A stretch of 64,000 nucleotides of DNA from Spirogloea muscicola (Eukaryota): positions 852,697-916,696 of the forward strand of contig WELB01000007.1 of assembly GCA_009602725.1 (NCBI GenBank). The letters run 5' to 3'. Both the position numbers and the translations under genes were made by a program. Shown here one piece after another: positions 1 through 12,691 of the stretch (positions are counted from its first letter, which is position 1; every line of letters starts with the position of its first letter). The notes under the pieces are model-generated. The model was not told the origin of the DNA and did no database searches. It saw nothing but the letters and a program-made list of their open reading frames with translations.

Positions 1-350
1 CTGGCTTCCATGTCGCCGGGTCCCTCGCCCAAGTTTACCGGATGCGCCTGGCCGTCTCTTTGCAGCGGTCCCTAGCTTTTGCGGTCCACTTGCGCGCAGG
101 CCGCGCTCTGGCGGCGGCCTCCGGCTTCCGTCAGGGCGACGTCTTTCCGCCTGCTAGCTACTCAGACTTGCATCTGCTGACGAGAGGTTACTGAGAGTTC
201 GCTTACTGCTGTCTCAGTCCTTAGCACTCCGACTCCTTCAGACCTTGTCCATTCTTTTGGGCTGGCCTCTCCCAGCCACCAGTTAATCTGGCCGCGCTTG
301 CTCTTCTCACGGCCACCAGTCAATTTGGCCGCGCTTTCTTCTGCTCTTTT
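1..350 (+). mobile_element. 3' fragment of RLE-type (CRE-like) non-LTR retrotransposon: ORF C-terminus plus 3' UTR
   Basis: Frame from 21 reads [57 protein letters not shown] (stop 192-194). The following UTR is near-identical to 31470-31579. Confidence 0.7.
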
Positions 351-433
351 AGAAAGGCGCGACGTGTCGCGAATTAGAAAGTCTCTGTCGCGAATTAAAA
401 AGTCGCCCTCCACTGGAAGCGCTACAGAAAATC

Positions 434-1378
434 TTATGTTGATTTAGTTCTTCTCAAGGGGCGGGGACAAGAAAAAAGTGGCTCTCTCAAAGGGGGCAAA
501 GGCTGTGAAATTAGATGAAATGTTGACGCGGCCAGCCCAAGAGAAAATTGACAAGGTCGAGTAAAAGAGAAGAAGCTCATCAAAGGGGGCACTTGGTTGT
601 GGAAAGAAAGACTCTTCCAGTTTTTTGGAAGAGTCTTTCTGTTGAGAGCGATGAGTTGAGAGCGATGGCTGTGATTGGCCAGCTCCGGAAAAGGGAATGA
701 ACAAAATTCGAAGGCGGCCAGCCCAAGAGGGGCGGGGGGCACGTGAATGGCCAGCCCAGAAGGAAAAAGGCTCTTCCAGAGCAAGATAGGGTGCACTCCC
801 ATTGGGGGCAAGGGCTGTGAAAAGAAAGAAGTGCGCGCCCATAGAGAAGAGGGGCTGGCAAAGCCAGCCCAAAAAAGAATGGACAATGTCGAGAGCCAAA
901 GAGAGGAGCCGGAAAAAGGACTACACTACAAAATACTGCAGAACACAGAAACGATGCATAGGGAAGCTCAGTACCCACGAGTGAGCAACATCAGGTCTGA
1001 GTAGCTCGCTGCAGGGAAAGAGGCACTCCGCCGAGACCCAGAGGCGGCGGCCATAGCACGGCCTGCTCGCGTGTGGACGGCGTGGGCTAGGGAGCGTGGA
1101 AGCGATACGGCCAGGCGCATGCGGAAGACTTGTGCGAGCGAACCGGCGGCGTTGAAGCCGGGCATCGCCCCTGGCAGACCCGGCCGCCAGTCAATGGCCT
1201 GGCGGGCAAGCCGCTGAATGAGATCCAGCCAGCGGCTGCCGAAAGCCCCGTGTACATCCATCGCCAGGGCCGCGAATTCACCCCCCACCGGGTGATCAGC
1301 ATATTTTCGCTCCTTGCCGGCTGGCCGACCGCGTGCCCTGCAAGCCAGCCCGAAAAGTAGAAGTAAGGCAACGGCCAA
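434..1378 (-). mobile_element. Longest copy of the CRE-like non-LTR 3' end (C-terminal part of restriction-like endonuclease region plus ~530-nt UTR)
   Basis: ORF 968-1378: KERKY...FAALAMDVHGAFG...RMRLAVSL..SLAHAV...SYSDLMLLTRGY*. It resembles the K..KY / F.P.A.E..G.. / RLSV.LQR motifs at the C-terminus of RLE non-LTR ORFs. 830-1010 is nearly repeated at 38610-38797. Confidence 0.7.
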
Positions 1379-1439
1379 GAAGAAACGGGCAAGGACTGAT
1401 GGGGCGGAGAAGCCCGCAGTTCCGCAAGTGCCACCCTAC

Positions 1440-2460
1440 ATGTGCCAGACGGCTTGCAGCTCGCGGACCATGTATCATCGCCGCCACCTTTGTCAACGCG
1501 ACGCTTTTCCGCCTTCTAGTCACTTCGATCTGCGTTTGTTGACTAGACATTATTGAGCGTCCATGAGCAGAAGCCCCCACAGAGTAAGTTAGTGTTCTTG
1601 TGCCTTCTGGCATTTTGGGACCTATCCTCTGGGCTGCCTCTCACGGCCCTTCCCATGCTTTGCAAGAGCATTTCTTCTTCTTCCTCTCGCGCTTGTTCGC
1701 CCCGCCTCCAAAGAACCCAGGAGCGCTCATCCCCGTCGCTCCCCCCACCTTGTCCATTCTATTTGGCTCTGGCCAGGGGACCCACTTCCAGGAGCCTAGC
1801 TTCTCTGATCTGAGGTTGCTTAGCAGGGGTTACTGAGGATTACGTAGCTGCTTTGTTTCTTGTTGTGCTTGTTCTACTTAGCGCTTCCCCTGGCCCCCTT
1901 CTTGTACTCTGTTCCTTCTTTTTTGGGCTGGCTTTTCCAGCCCCTATCCTCAATGGGCGAGCCCTACCTTTTCAGGTCATACCCCCGTCGGATGAGCTTA
2001 CCTCTTTGACAGCATCGGCCCCTTCCGGAGAAGCTTTCTTCCATGCGCTTCCTGGTCTTGGTCACACTTCATAGGAGGAATACAATCTCTTCGAAAGGGC
2101 CGATGGCTGTCAATTGCCAGCTCAGAAAACAAAAGTGAGGTCCCAGGCTTACGCCCTTGCACATGGGCACCGATGCGCCCTTGCAGCTGCTTTTGGGGAT
2201 TGCATGGCCGACTCATACCCTGCTGCTGAAGAGTGGGACTTCCAGGTCCACTCTACTTTGGGCTGTCCTCTACCAGCCTTGCCCCCTTGGATAAAGCTTA
2301 GTTTAGTGCATTGCTGCCATCGCCACCTGTAGTGTAAGCTTCTTCTTTACAGGTTTTGCGGTTTCTGGCCACTTCGGACCTTGTTCTATCTCAATCTCTT
2401 ATTGAATCTGGCCAATTACAGCCATCGCCCTCGACTAGAAGAGTCTTTCTCTTGACTTAT
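1440..2460 (+). mobile_element. Stack of short CRE-like 3'-end fragments
   Basis: Termini FDLRLLTRHY* (stop 1554-1556) and SDLRLLSRGY* (stop 1834-1836), plus repeated GGGCTGG..CAGCCC UTR modules near 1630, 1925, 2260 and 2410. Confidence 0.65.
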
Positions 2461-2714
2461 CACAGCCGTCCCTTCCTTCTTTCGGACGACTTTAGGTTTT
2501 CCACTACCCTTCTGCCAGTTTGTCCGATTCGGCTGCTATCTAGGGGTGATTCACAGGGTAGGAGGACGCTCACTCAAATCAGCCCCATCTATAGCCGCGG
2601 CTAGCCCTGCTGTCAAATAAGTTGTTGGTTTCTATCAGCCACTGTCCCCTTCGCAAGCGCTTCTGCATCTTCAGATCTACTGCGCCCCCTCTGAGGAGTT
2701 TCTTTGCCTACCTT

Positions 2715-3330
2715 GCCAACTGGTCCACCCCAATCACAGCCACCGTCCTTCTCGGGCGCTGTCACTTGCCAGGAGTAACTCTTGCATCTCTGTCCGGAAG
2801 AACGCCCACTTTATAAAGCGCTCGCTCCTTGCACTTCGGAGATCCTGGCGTCTAGATTGACCACTGACCACCCCAAGTAAACAGACTCGCTAGATGAGGC
2901 GCTTAAGCCTAAGTCTGTCTCAAAATTGGTGATTACATTGGTCGGCAGCGCAAGGTGACAGATCTGAAAGATGCATGCAATACATAAGAAGCAATACTTA
3001 AGAAGCAATTGTTGCCCTTCACAATCCAGACTGCTCAGAGTTTCACCCAGGATCAACATGACATAAAAACGCCTGCTGTAGCCTCTCCAAGTCATGGCTG
3101 CACACTGCCCTGTTGTCAGTGAGAATCTTAGGACCCTCCTCACTCGCAGTCATTAGCGGCACAGTAAGCTACTTTCTTGCTTCAGATGGCAACATCCCTT
3201 AAGAATCACTGTGTTTGCTGCCACATCGCTCTTCTTCCAGGTTGTACGCACCTTGTCCAGCATGAGCAGGATGGACGCGGCCAGAGGCACTGGTCTGCCA
3301 AGGCTATCTACTCATCGATTGGAAAGCATC
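2715..3330 (+). pseudogene. Probable decayed N-terminal exons of CTC1
   Basis: Peptides TPITATVLLGRCHLP (~2727), YFLASDG/CVCCHI (frameshifted, ~3170-3230) and GYLLIDWK (~3300) resemble my recollection of the plant CTC1 N-terminus, in the expected order. Confidence 0.35.
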
Positions 3331-3699
3331 GTTCCCAAAACGCAGATGCTGTGTAGGCGTCTTACGTCTGTACAAGCTAGCCAGAAGTAGCTGTGCTAGG
3401 CTAGCCCAGAAAGGTTTACATGCCGAAGGTCACAGAAAAGAAGAGATCGTGGACTATTGTCTCGATCTAGCATAAGTTTTATTCCATGGCACTGGAACTC
3501 AACCCCAAATCCTCAAACGTATGCATGTGTTTCAAGACAGGATCATGACTTGACCTGTCAAATGTTCTACTATCCTTCAGCATGGTCCTGTCACAGAGCG
3601 AATGTTGCTAGCACTCTCCGACCTTACTAAAGCAGGAGACCTTTTATGATTCAAGGTAGTCCGCAAGGCAAATATGTGTCAATCATTTGAGCTGGCCAG

Positions 3700-4430
3700 T
3701 CATGGCAGCGCCTCACCATAAGCGTGCAGGGAGGTCCCCACATGGACAAGGTTTCTTAAGGAAGAAGGCGCGCGGTGCGCATGCACTGAGAGGAAAACAC
3801 AGCTCTTCCACTTTACAGCAGTAGCCGGAGAGGCCAGCCCAAAGGAATGTACAGTCTCTGAGGGGCGGAAGGCGCAAAACAGGGAGGCCGAACAGCCAGT
3901 AACTTGTGTGTAGGAAAAACAAATAAAAAAATAACAGGACCCGAGGTAACAATGGGACCCATACAACCGAATGGGGACTAGTACCCACGAGTGAGAAAAC
4001 AGATCTTCCAGTGGTTGGCAATGGCTGTGGGAGGCCAGCCCATAGGGGCGTACAAGGTCAGAAAGGGCCAGATGGTGCAAAAAGCAGGATACTGTCTTCA
4101 AGCCGTCGGGCTCTCAATAATTATAATAATAAAAAGCCGTTAAGTCAGCAAGTGCAAGTCAGAACTGGAATGACCAGAGGGCGGAAAAGCGTCGCCCTGA
4201 CGGTACTCGGAGGCAGCAGCCAAGGTGCGGCCTGCACGCAAGCCTGGACGGCAAATGCTCAAGGACCGTGTCAACGAGATTGCAAAGGCGCATCCTGGTA
4301 CACCAGATCAAGCAACCCGGCGGCATTGAAGCCGTACTGCACGCTCTGACGAGTGAGCACGCACTTATCTGCCAGACTTATTCGGGCCGCCGGTGCACCA
4401 CCCTGCAAGCCAGTGGCCTGGCTTAGTGCG
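3700..4430 (-). mobile_element. Stack of CRE-like 3'-end fragments
   Basis: Degenerate GFNAAG...QGDAFPP..SDLHLLT (4140-4340), a second LTRGY* terminus at ~3979, UTR modules at ~3830 and ~4030, and the ATGCGCACCGCGCGCCTTCT motif at 3763-3782. Confidence 0.65.
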
Positions 4431-4714
4431 CGATTAGGTGTTCAGCATCTCCCATGCTTCCACAATGACAACTCACTCTCTAAGTGACAGATGAGGAGTG
4501 TGTGCGATGCACAGCGAGCTGCTTGCCATGGCCATCGAGCATGCGTGGGCTCGCAGGGAACACGAGCATGAGCCCGGAGAGTCGAGGTTGGAGCAAGGAG
4601 CTGTAATTCTGTGCAAGTGAAGTCCAGGATTGAGCTGGCCACGCAACTGCGGCACCTCTGCTCGCGACCGCAGACTCTGACAGACGGGTCCAGCGACGTG
4701 CGCGGCAATGAGGA

Positions 4715-7700
4715 GTGACGGCCTTGCGGCTCGGGAGCGGCGCCATGACTGGAGTGCGCACCAGTTCGCATCCGCACACGCTCGTAGGGACACTTGTAGC
4801 TGTCAGCCCGCTCCTGCGACTCACCGATGGTGGTGCAGCCCATGTCGAGTGCGACATTGTCATGGTGGAGATGCGGCCGTGCCGTCCATCGAGGAGCAGC
4901 AGGCAGGAACTTAGAGAAGCGGCGCTCCAGCGGTGCGGTGCCTCACCAGCAACTAGGGAGGCCGCTGAGTCGGAGGTGGTGGGGCCAGAATGTGCAGCTC
5001 TGGTAAGCAGGCCAACATTCCTGATCGCCCGGGATGGCGTGGCACGTGGGCTGTGGCCGGCTCTGTCGGCGTCGCTTAGCAAGCGCGTCGTCGTTTCGGG
5101 CCTCCTGCGCAAGGCCCTGCTGGCAGGACAAACACCGCAGCGGCCGCGCGTCGTGTTCCTGGCCACAGCCGCCACAGCAGTTGCCTTGCTCGAGAGGTCG
5201 AAGGCCGCTCTCGAAGAGCCTCAAAGGAGGCCCGACGATGCAGCTGCCAAGAGCGAGCGCTTGGCAAGTGTCACTGGGCGAAAATTCTGCGAGCACGCCA
5301 GCAGCGGGACAGTCAGCTACGTGGGCACAGTGACCGGGGTCGTCCTCGATGGCGCGCAGCTGGAGCTGGACGGCTGCGCCCGGCTCATCCTGACACACAC
5401 GCCGAGCTGGCCATTGGGCGGCATCTGCCTCGGCTCCCTGGTGTGAACCTGCGTGCACATCTGACTCGCATGGCTCAGGCTTCTGACGCGAGCCAGCTTT
5501 GCCACAGGAAGTTACCTCGGCATTTATCACAACTGCTTCAAAGAGCCTGCCCGTTGCATGCATTATTGGCGTACAGGTGTTGCTGAGGCATGTCCACTTC
5601 CATAGACTGCGGGGAACTCAACGAGTGCGCCTGGTTTTCGGGGCATGCATCTATTCTCATATATCTGTGGTGGGGACAGCACCAATGTATAATTCATTGA
5701 CGTAAGCCTCTATGCACCTTGTTCACCTGAACATCGAGCTAGATTTCCATCGTCCTTGCATCCACTTGTGACTACGTTGTGATCCGTCTGTCTCTCTGCT
5801 GCTTGACCATCAGAATGTGAAAATTTTACACGACCCTACCGTCAGATTGTGTTAGCTTCTTGAGCTTATCAGAGATGAAGACTCTTCCAGTAGAGGGCTT
5901 ATCAGCTCTCTCTGCCATTCTCAATGTGCAGTAAAGTCGACCCTCTGCCCCCTTGCAGCTTGCTGCGAGCACATCTGGATCGGTTGCCCTTCATCTTGGC
6001 CTTCACGTATGCTCCAAGCATGCATAAAGGCTCATTGCTTGTGCACTGCTTTACAAAGACTTGATTCCATTGCCGCTACTTGTCTAAGCAGAACCTCACA
6101 GTCTGGAACTGCTCCATGCTTTGTATTACTAAGATAAGATAAGATACTAAGAACTGATGTTACATTCTTAAGAACCCAAATCCTTGTTTGAGCTTAAGAG
6201 CGGAAGGTCAGGCTATCTGGGCCTAATTCGTAGCCTTCAACTAAGCCTTCCACTGTAATCATGTAATAACTGCACAGTGCATGCATACACCTTTGAACAT
6301 GCAGTTACCAGTACCTTTGCCTCTTGCTTGCAAGTAACCTACAAATACTGAAGTCGGTGTATTTGCCATCAGGCTCATGGAGGTGTTGCAAGCCTTCCAT
6401 GTCAAATTTCCTGGCTGCTTCAGCAATCAGCAACTTTTGGGGAAATGCGCAAAGGTGAACTTTCATATGAGATCATGCATGGACTGAGTGGAAGGCACAA
6501 GAGACGCTTCTTCTACTTCATTTAATTTGATCGCAACGGCCTTGCTCAACCTTGGTGCATCAAGCAATAGGTATTCTATTAGATATGGCAGAATGCAAGG
6601 GCAGGCACTGTGCAGCCATTAAACCCTCTATGTTGACCTGGCTGATTACAGCCTCACGCATGCAAGGAGAAAGGACTAGCTTTCACCATTGTACGTGATG
6701 GCAAATCGCCTCTTCAATATCTGCAAAGAGTAAGCTTAATAAGCATCAGCATGCTACAGCTTGTAGTGCTGTACCAGTATGCATACAACACTGTTCACAT
6801 GAGATCCTTCTGCCTATGTCTGGCATGGGCTTTGAAGCGGTGATCATCCGGATCATCCTCTAAAGTGGTGATGGCCTTCCCATGGCAGGATGTCTTTGAA
6901 GAGTTCTTGGAGCACTCTTTGTATTGCCAACTCGGAAGCCCGATTGAGCAGCGGTCCTCCATCCAAATACAGGTGCTACACTTTCCCAAGTGTCTGCATT
7001 GCCATCAGTCATGTACGATCGACTGGAAATGTAAGCAGACTTGACGAGCTGAAATAGCAGCTGGAGATGTCTTCCCGGTGTCAGAGCAGCTTGCATGTAC
7101 TTTTTAGGAATGTAGCACGCTTACTTGACAACCTAAAACAGTTGCTAGCTGCTGTGGCCAGCAGGTTCTCACAGTAGCAGAGCTCCTACAAGCGGCTGCA
7201 TTGTTAAGTAGGACAGCCCTTGAGGCACATTCGTCCAAGGGCCAGCTGCGTGTGAAGCATGGTAACTTGGAGAACCAAGTGGTCACCAGGAAGTCAGGCA
7301 AGGAGCTTGGCGTTGTCCTCCTCGCTACACTGCAGGTAGCACGCGGCCAATCTAAGTGGTCCTGCTTTCTTGATTGATTCGCGGACAATATTAAGGGAGC
7401 TGATGTGTTGCAGCCTCATCTAGACATCTAAATTAAAGAAGCTCTGTACTTGCTGTACAGGTCTCCCCAAGAACGGGAAGCCTAGAGCTCGCTGATGCCA
7501 CTGGTGCTCTGGGAGTGGTTATTGACGGTCACACACAGAAGAGTCAACTGAATTGCATCTACAAGGTCTGCCATATCCCGTTGCTAATATATGTGTCGCA
7601 GGATTGACTACAATAAATGCAGCACGTTTTGATGTCGCAAGGTGCTGTAGATGGTCATATCAAGGCTTCCAGAAGTATGTGCTCCTCAGCAGCGTCAACC

Positions 7701-10700
7701 AGTCTAGGCTGCATCGCTCTTTCTTGATGCTTTCCTCAGTACAGCTCAAGTTGTCCCTTCGTTACTGTAGCAGGCAGCACATGTATGCTGTTAATTGGAG
7801 AATGACAATTTGAAACAGTGCTGCTTATCTTAAGGTCCCTGTGGCAGGTGACAGACTTCGACTTGGTCATCCATAGTCGACCTTCAGTAGTGCCTCTGAG
7901 GGAGTGCATTAATGGGCAGAGTGACTTGCCTTGGGCTCAAGCATTCCAACAGCGCACTACTGCTGGCATGCAGCGCTGGGATCCTAGCCAGGCAGAGTGC
8001 TTCGTCGTCTTCCGCCTTCAGGATGCTGCCTTTGTTCGCGCATTGCGCAGCTCAGCATCCCACACCCTATTCACTGGGTCGTCATGGGCTTGGGCCTTGC
8101 GCAGTGGTGACTTGAAGGTTATCATGGTTATCCAAAAACACTCTTTGGCAAAGCATGTGAGTGTCATGGACCTCATACATCAATTTGTGGTGACATGCTT
8201 CGGAGAGTTTCTGGTCAAAAAGCACGTGTGCTATGGGCTTGACGACATAGATCAGCAAGCATTGGAGATTTGTACGTATAGATAGTAGTCTTGCCATATT
8301 GAAATATTTATTTGCGCGATCAACAAGATAGCGCGATAATGTGCTCGCAGCTGTTGTGTGTGCTTGTAAGGTGTGTCCGCTTACTCGTGATGGCAACGCA
8401 TGTGCTCCACAGAAGGCTAGGCGGTCCTCTTCTGCAGCTTCCTGCCAGAACAGTGTTGGCTTCGAAGCCAAGGCAGTGCTGCTTCCTTACAAAATACTTG
8501 ACAATGATTCTATTGATCCTCTGAGTGGACATTCAAGCCAATGTCGTGTTGTACTTCACAAGTCTCAACAAGGCAGGCACACACAAGCACAGTCCAAAGA
8601 AGCTGCAGGAAGTCTGCAGGATATCAAATGCTACATCCAAGTTGACGAGGTCAAGCAGAGGCAAGCGGCACTGGAAGGCCACTTTCAGCAGATTCTCCTC
8701 AGCTTCTCATTGACGTCTCTCGAGAACCACTCTGTAAGTGGCACTAGGCAGCTGGATGCGTCGCAGCTTTTGGCCAATGTTGAGGTGCTAGAGAAGCCCT
8801 CTACTTGAAAGTCGGTGATTCATGTCATCAAATTCGTCTATTGAAATACATGACCTCATTGACCTGTGCCATATGGTTGTCTCTGGTTAACCTCCAGACG
8901 TTGCATGTTGGTCGGTGCTACTTGACCACGTGGCCAGAGCCAAAGCCAGTGGGTGCCCATGAGGCCTTCCTCAAGGCCATGAAGAAGGCACAAGGTGGTC
9001 AACTTGAGCCTGAGCGTTGTGGTTCTCCGATCACTCTAAGAGATCCTCATCTCTGGAGTGTAAGCTTTACTGCTCAAAGAAAAGAAGAGAATCAGGACAA
9101 GTTGGATGCCTGCTGCCAAAACAGGGCCTCAAAGCAGGACCAGAGACAAGAAGAATGTGCCAGCAGTCTCCGTGCAGACAAGGACGATGTCGAGATTGCG
9201 TTGACAGCCACTGCAGCTAGACTGCACGAGGAGCTTGTCCGAAGCCTCGCAGAGTGGCACCCTCAGCCAATCTTGCAGATACGTCAGCTCCTTAGAGATG
9301 AGTCTGGTGAAGCATGCAGGGAGCCCACTATGCTGCCAAAGCCCAGTACTCCAAGCATGAAAGTGGTGATCACGGAATGTAGGTCATCACATTGTCAGCA
9401 GACATGGGGAGCAGATCAGAGGACAGTGACCTTTGACGGCAACGTAGCAGCAATGACAACATCTCTTGACCAGCCTCTGACCGAGGTCCTTGAAGTCAGA
9501 GATCCTGATCAGTCTACCCTGGTGAGTGTGATCCTAAGGCCAGAACATGTGTGCGCGTCATTCCCAGACCAGGGCTCAATAGTAATGGCCTTGTGCTGCT
9601 GCTTCTGTCGCTTGTCATGTTGATACTGCCAGGGCTACGCTGGCGCAGCTCTGCAGTCAACATGAGCTCGCTATGGATATAAGTTAACTTCATAGGAACA
9701 TGACTACTTGAGGGACTGCCTCAACCCCGCATGCAACAGATGAAGCTTGACATGTATGGTCCTCAATCTGCAGTTTCCTGTTTATGTGGACTTCCATAGC
9801 CATTGTAGGCCTGTTGGCCTTGGACCAGGCATGCGAGTAAGGTTCTCCCACTTCCAATTGGGCAGGTGATGCGGACTTTCTTGTCGTTGTAGCAGACTAG
9901 TGGTTGCGAGTTTGCCTCAATCAGGTGATGCCGGTACTTCTGTCACAGAGGGTGGTTGGCTTGCGTGCCCCTATCTTGAATACAAACAGCTATAGATAGC
10001 TCGGAGCCAGATCTGCAGGACATTGCCGACACTTCAATACAGAAGCCAGATAGAACAGCTTAAGCACTGCTTCTTTCGGAGCCCATATTAAGTTCCTATT
10101 ACCTCGTTGTTCCACAGAGTGAGTTGATGCTTTTGATACATGTAAGATGCATATTACATCATGCAATTTCCATCTCCAGCTTACATTGCCATTTTCTACC
10201 ATGGTGCCAACTGCAGGAGGTATGGTGGCACCTTGTATGCCACACAGATTGGCAGCAGCCTGATCACTGTCATCAGTGCAGCAGATTGTTTACTGCAACA
10301 GTCAGAGACATGCCAAGATGCCACCGACGGCAACATAGATCTTCCAACAAGAGCTCTTCTGCTCCAAGAGCTAGCACACGAGAGTCCTTCTGACTCACAA
10401 GTTGCGCTGTACAGCATATGCTGCAGGGTGAGTTGTTGACCTTTCCCTTGCCTTCTATGCTCCATGGAACTTCTGGCCGTGGACTGCAAAACCCAGTGCA
10501 GATTTGGAGAAGGTAGTTTCAGCTTGTAAGAACCTTGTGCACTTCCGGGTTCCTGTCTGTCTGAACAGGTAGTAGCCGTGAGACACGTTATTTTCGGCTT
10601 CATGTGTGAAACCTGCTGTGCAAGAGATAGAAGGACATGGAAAAGTGGAGGTTGTAGATCTTGCTGCACTTCAGATGATCTCAAGATGCAGCTGGTCATT

Positions 10701-11753
10701 GAAGAGCTTGAAGTTGCAGTTGGTAAGAACAATGTCTACGGAATCTGCTGTTTGGAGGGAGAGCACGACTTGCCATAGAATGTCGATTGTTGGTTCACTG
10801 CATTCTTGCTGCAGTGTAGTAGGGTCTTGACTACATCCCTCGTGTGTACGCTGCAGAGGACCACACTGGCCAAGCTCTGTGCAGAGCGGCTGGCTTGCCT
10901 GCTGGCGAGCTCCTGGGACTACCTGAACGTGCACCTCGTACAAGGCCTCGTGAGTCTGCACAACAATCTGGCATTGCAACAAGGGAGACGTACATGACTG
11001 AGCTGCTTGCTCTTCCAAGGAGGCACGGCAGGGTGGTTGCGCAGCGAGGGGGACCGGCTCTCCCTGCTGGCGGCGAGCTGGGCGCGGTGATGCCGACGGC
11101 AGTCTCGTCCAGCTTGCAGCAAGCGCTTGGTGGGCGAGACCGGGAGGTAGTGGAGGAGCTCTTCCTGCGGGCCTCAGTGCAGAAGCCGAAGGTGTGCAAG
11201 GGCTCTATGCATCACAGCTTTCGGACTTGCAATTCCTTTTCTGGGAGTGTCAGCTGTCCAGTGCATGAAGTAGCATCGCAGAACAAGCCAAGCTTTAGCA
11301 ATGTTCTCCCTGCTGTCTCAAGGCATATGGCTTGCTTCCTTAGCAGTACCGCTGCTCTGCATGCTACTTCAGTTGTTGTACGGGTTCAGAGAAGCATGTC
11401 ATACGTGCACAAGAATGTCGATCACAGGCAGGTCACCGTAGCAGAACACGATCTGCACAGATCTATCCGCCTGCAACATTGGGAGTAGGGTTTTCGGCGC
11501 TGGTTGACAATCTCCGCTGCGGTTGCAGGTCCTGGTTTGCCATCGGAGTTGGCAATCCCAACACCAGCCACGTGCTCAATTGCACAGCACAGATACCATT
11601 GACGCCAGCCAGACTCTGGGCTGTACTGCAGCTCCTCAGCTGTCGCTTGTGGCGATAAAGGTCAGCAGGACCGAGGCAAGTGCACGTCTCTTGTGCCAGG
11701 AATTAGAGGCTGCAATCTCTGCAGACCCTATTCTTCCGGCAGTAGTCAGCTAA
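4715..11753 (+). CDS. CTC1: CST complex subunit CTC1 (multi-exon; true start unresolved)
   Basis: Exon peptides SYVGTVTGVVLDGAQLELDG..LILTH, VLLRHVHF..FGACIYSHI, FHVKFPG..QLLG, DVFEEFLEH, LADATGALGVV, PVGLGPGMRVRF and EDHTGQALC..A..LL match plant CTC1 motifs in order. The last exon ends at TAA 11751-11753. Confidence 0.8.
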
Positions 11754-12691
11754 ACGATACTGCCTTCAATACGGTATAGTTGAAAACACCTGTATCATTA
11801 GTGTTCAGCAGAGCAATAATACTCGACCCGCTGCATATGTCATGAGTCTTTGGTAGTGTTTGACTCTTGTCTCCATGTACATCAGAGTGGTGCACAACAG
11901 TGTGCAAGTCATTTTCTTGCCTTTCTCTCATGTTGATCATTTACAGCTGTGATTCTGGACTTACTTTAGCAAAGTGATCTCGACCTCATATCACCTGCTC
12001 ATTGAGGCAGTTATGTCCATTTGTTAGGCTGGCCTTTCTCAATCAAGCCTTTGTCACCTGAGCTTCCCCTTCGTTGAGCATTTCATACAGGCAGCACTTC
12101 GTGCAGTCTACTTTGCGATTCATATAGGAATTTGGCCCTCAGTGATGTAGGTAGGCTAAGCGATGCAAGTCCAACCCCTTCATTGAGCGTTTCTTAAGGC
12201 AGCATATAGTGGATTCAGCTTTGCAGTCCCTATAGAAACCTGGCCATCTATGATTGACGTATGTAGGCTTAGCAATGCAGATCTGAAAGTCAGTTCCTGA
12301 ATGTCATGTGCCCAAGGGTGAAATGTTCAAAAAAAAATTATGAGTCTATCAAGATCTCAAATGAACTCCTCTCCTCACCAAACGATGTGCCATAAGTGCC
12401 TACTGACAGCTCAAAGTCACACGACTGCTATCAGCTGCGTATGTCTTGGTGCCTCGCTGTGATGGAGAGTCTTGGTCTTTGTGATGAAGCTTCTTTATCC
12501 AACAAAGATCAGAAGCCACTCAATAAACTACAACAGGGAAGGAACTATTCAACAATCTTCTAAGTCTTGCCGAGGTGACCTTACACTGTCTCACATTTTG
12601 CTACTTCCCAGTGGCAGAGTGGAAAATCAGGAGTTTATCTGGACGACCTTCGCTTAGGCAATCCCATCTGCTTGGTTGCTGTCGCTTGTCT

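Noticed and set aside
177..200. CTGACGA as a hammerhead ribozyme core (Penelope-like pLTR)
   Set aside because: Not conserved in other copies, where it varies as LTR codons, and no correctly placed GAAA or stems were found.
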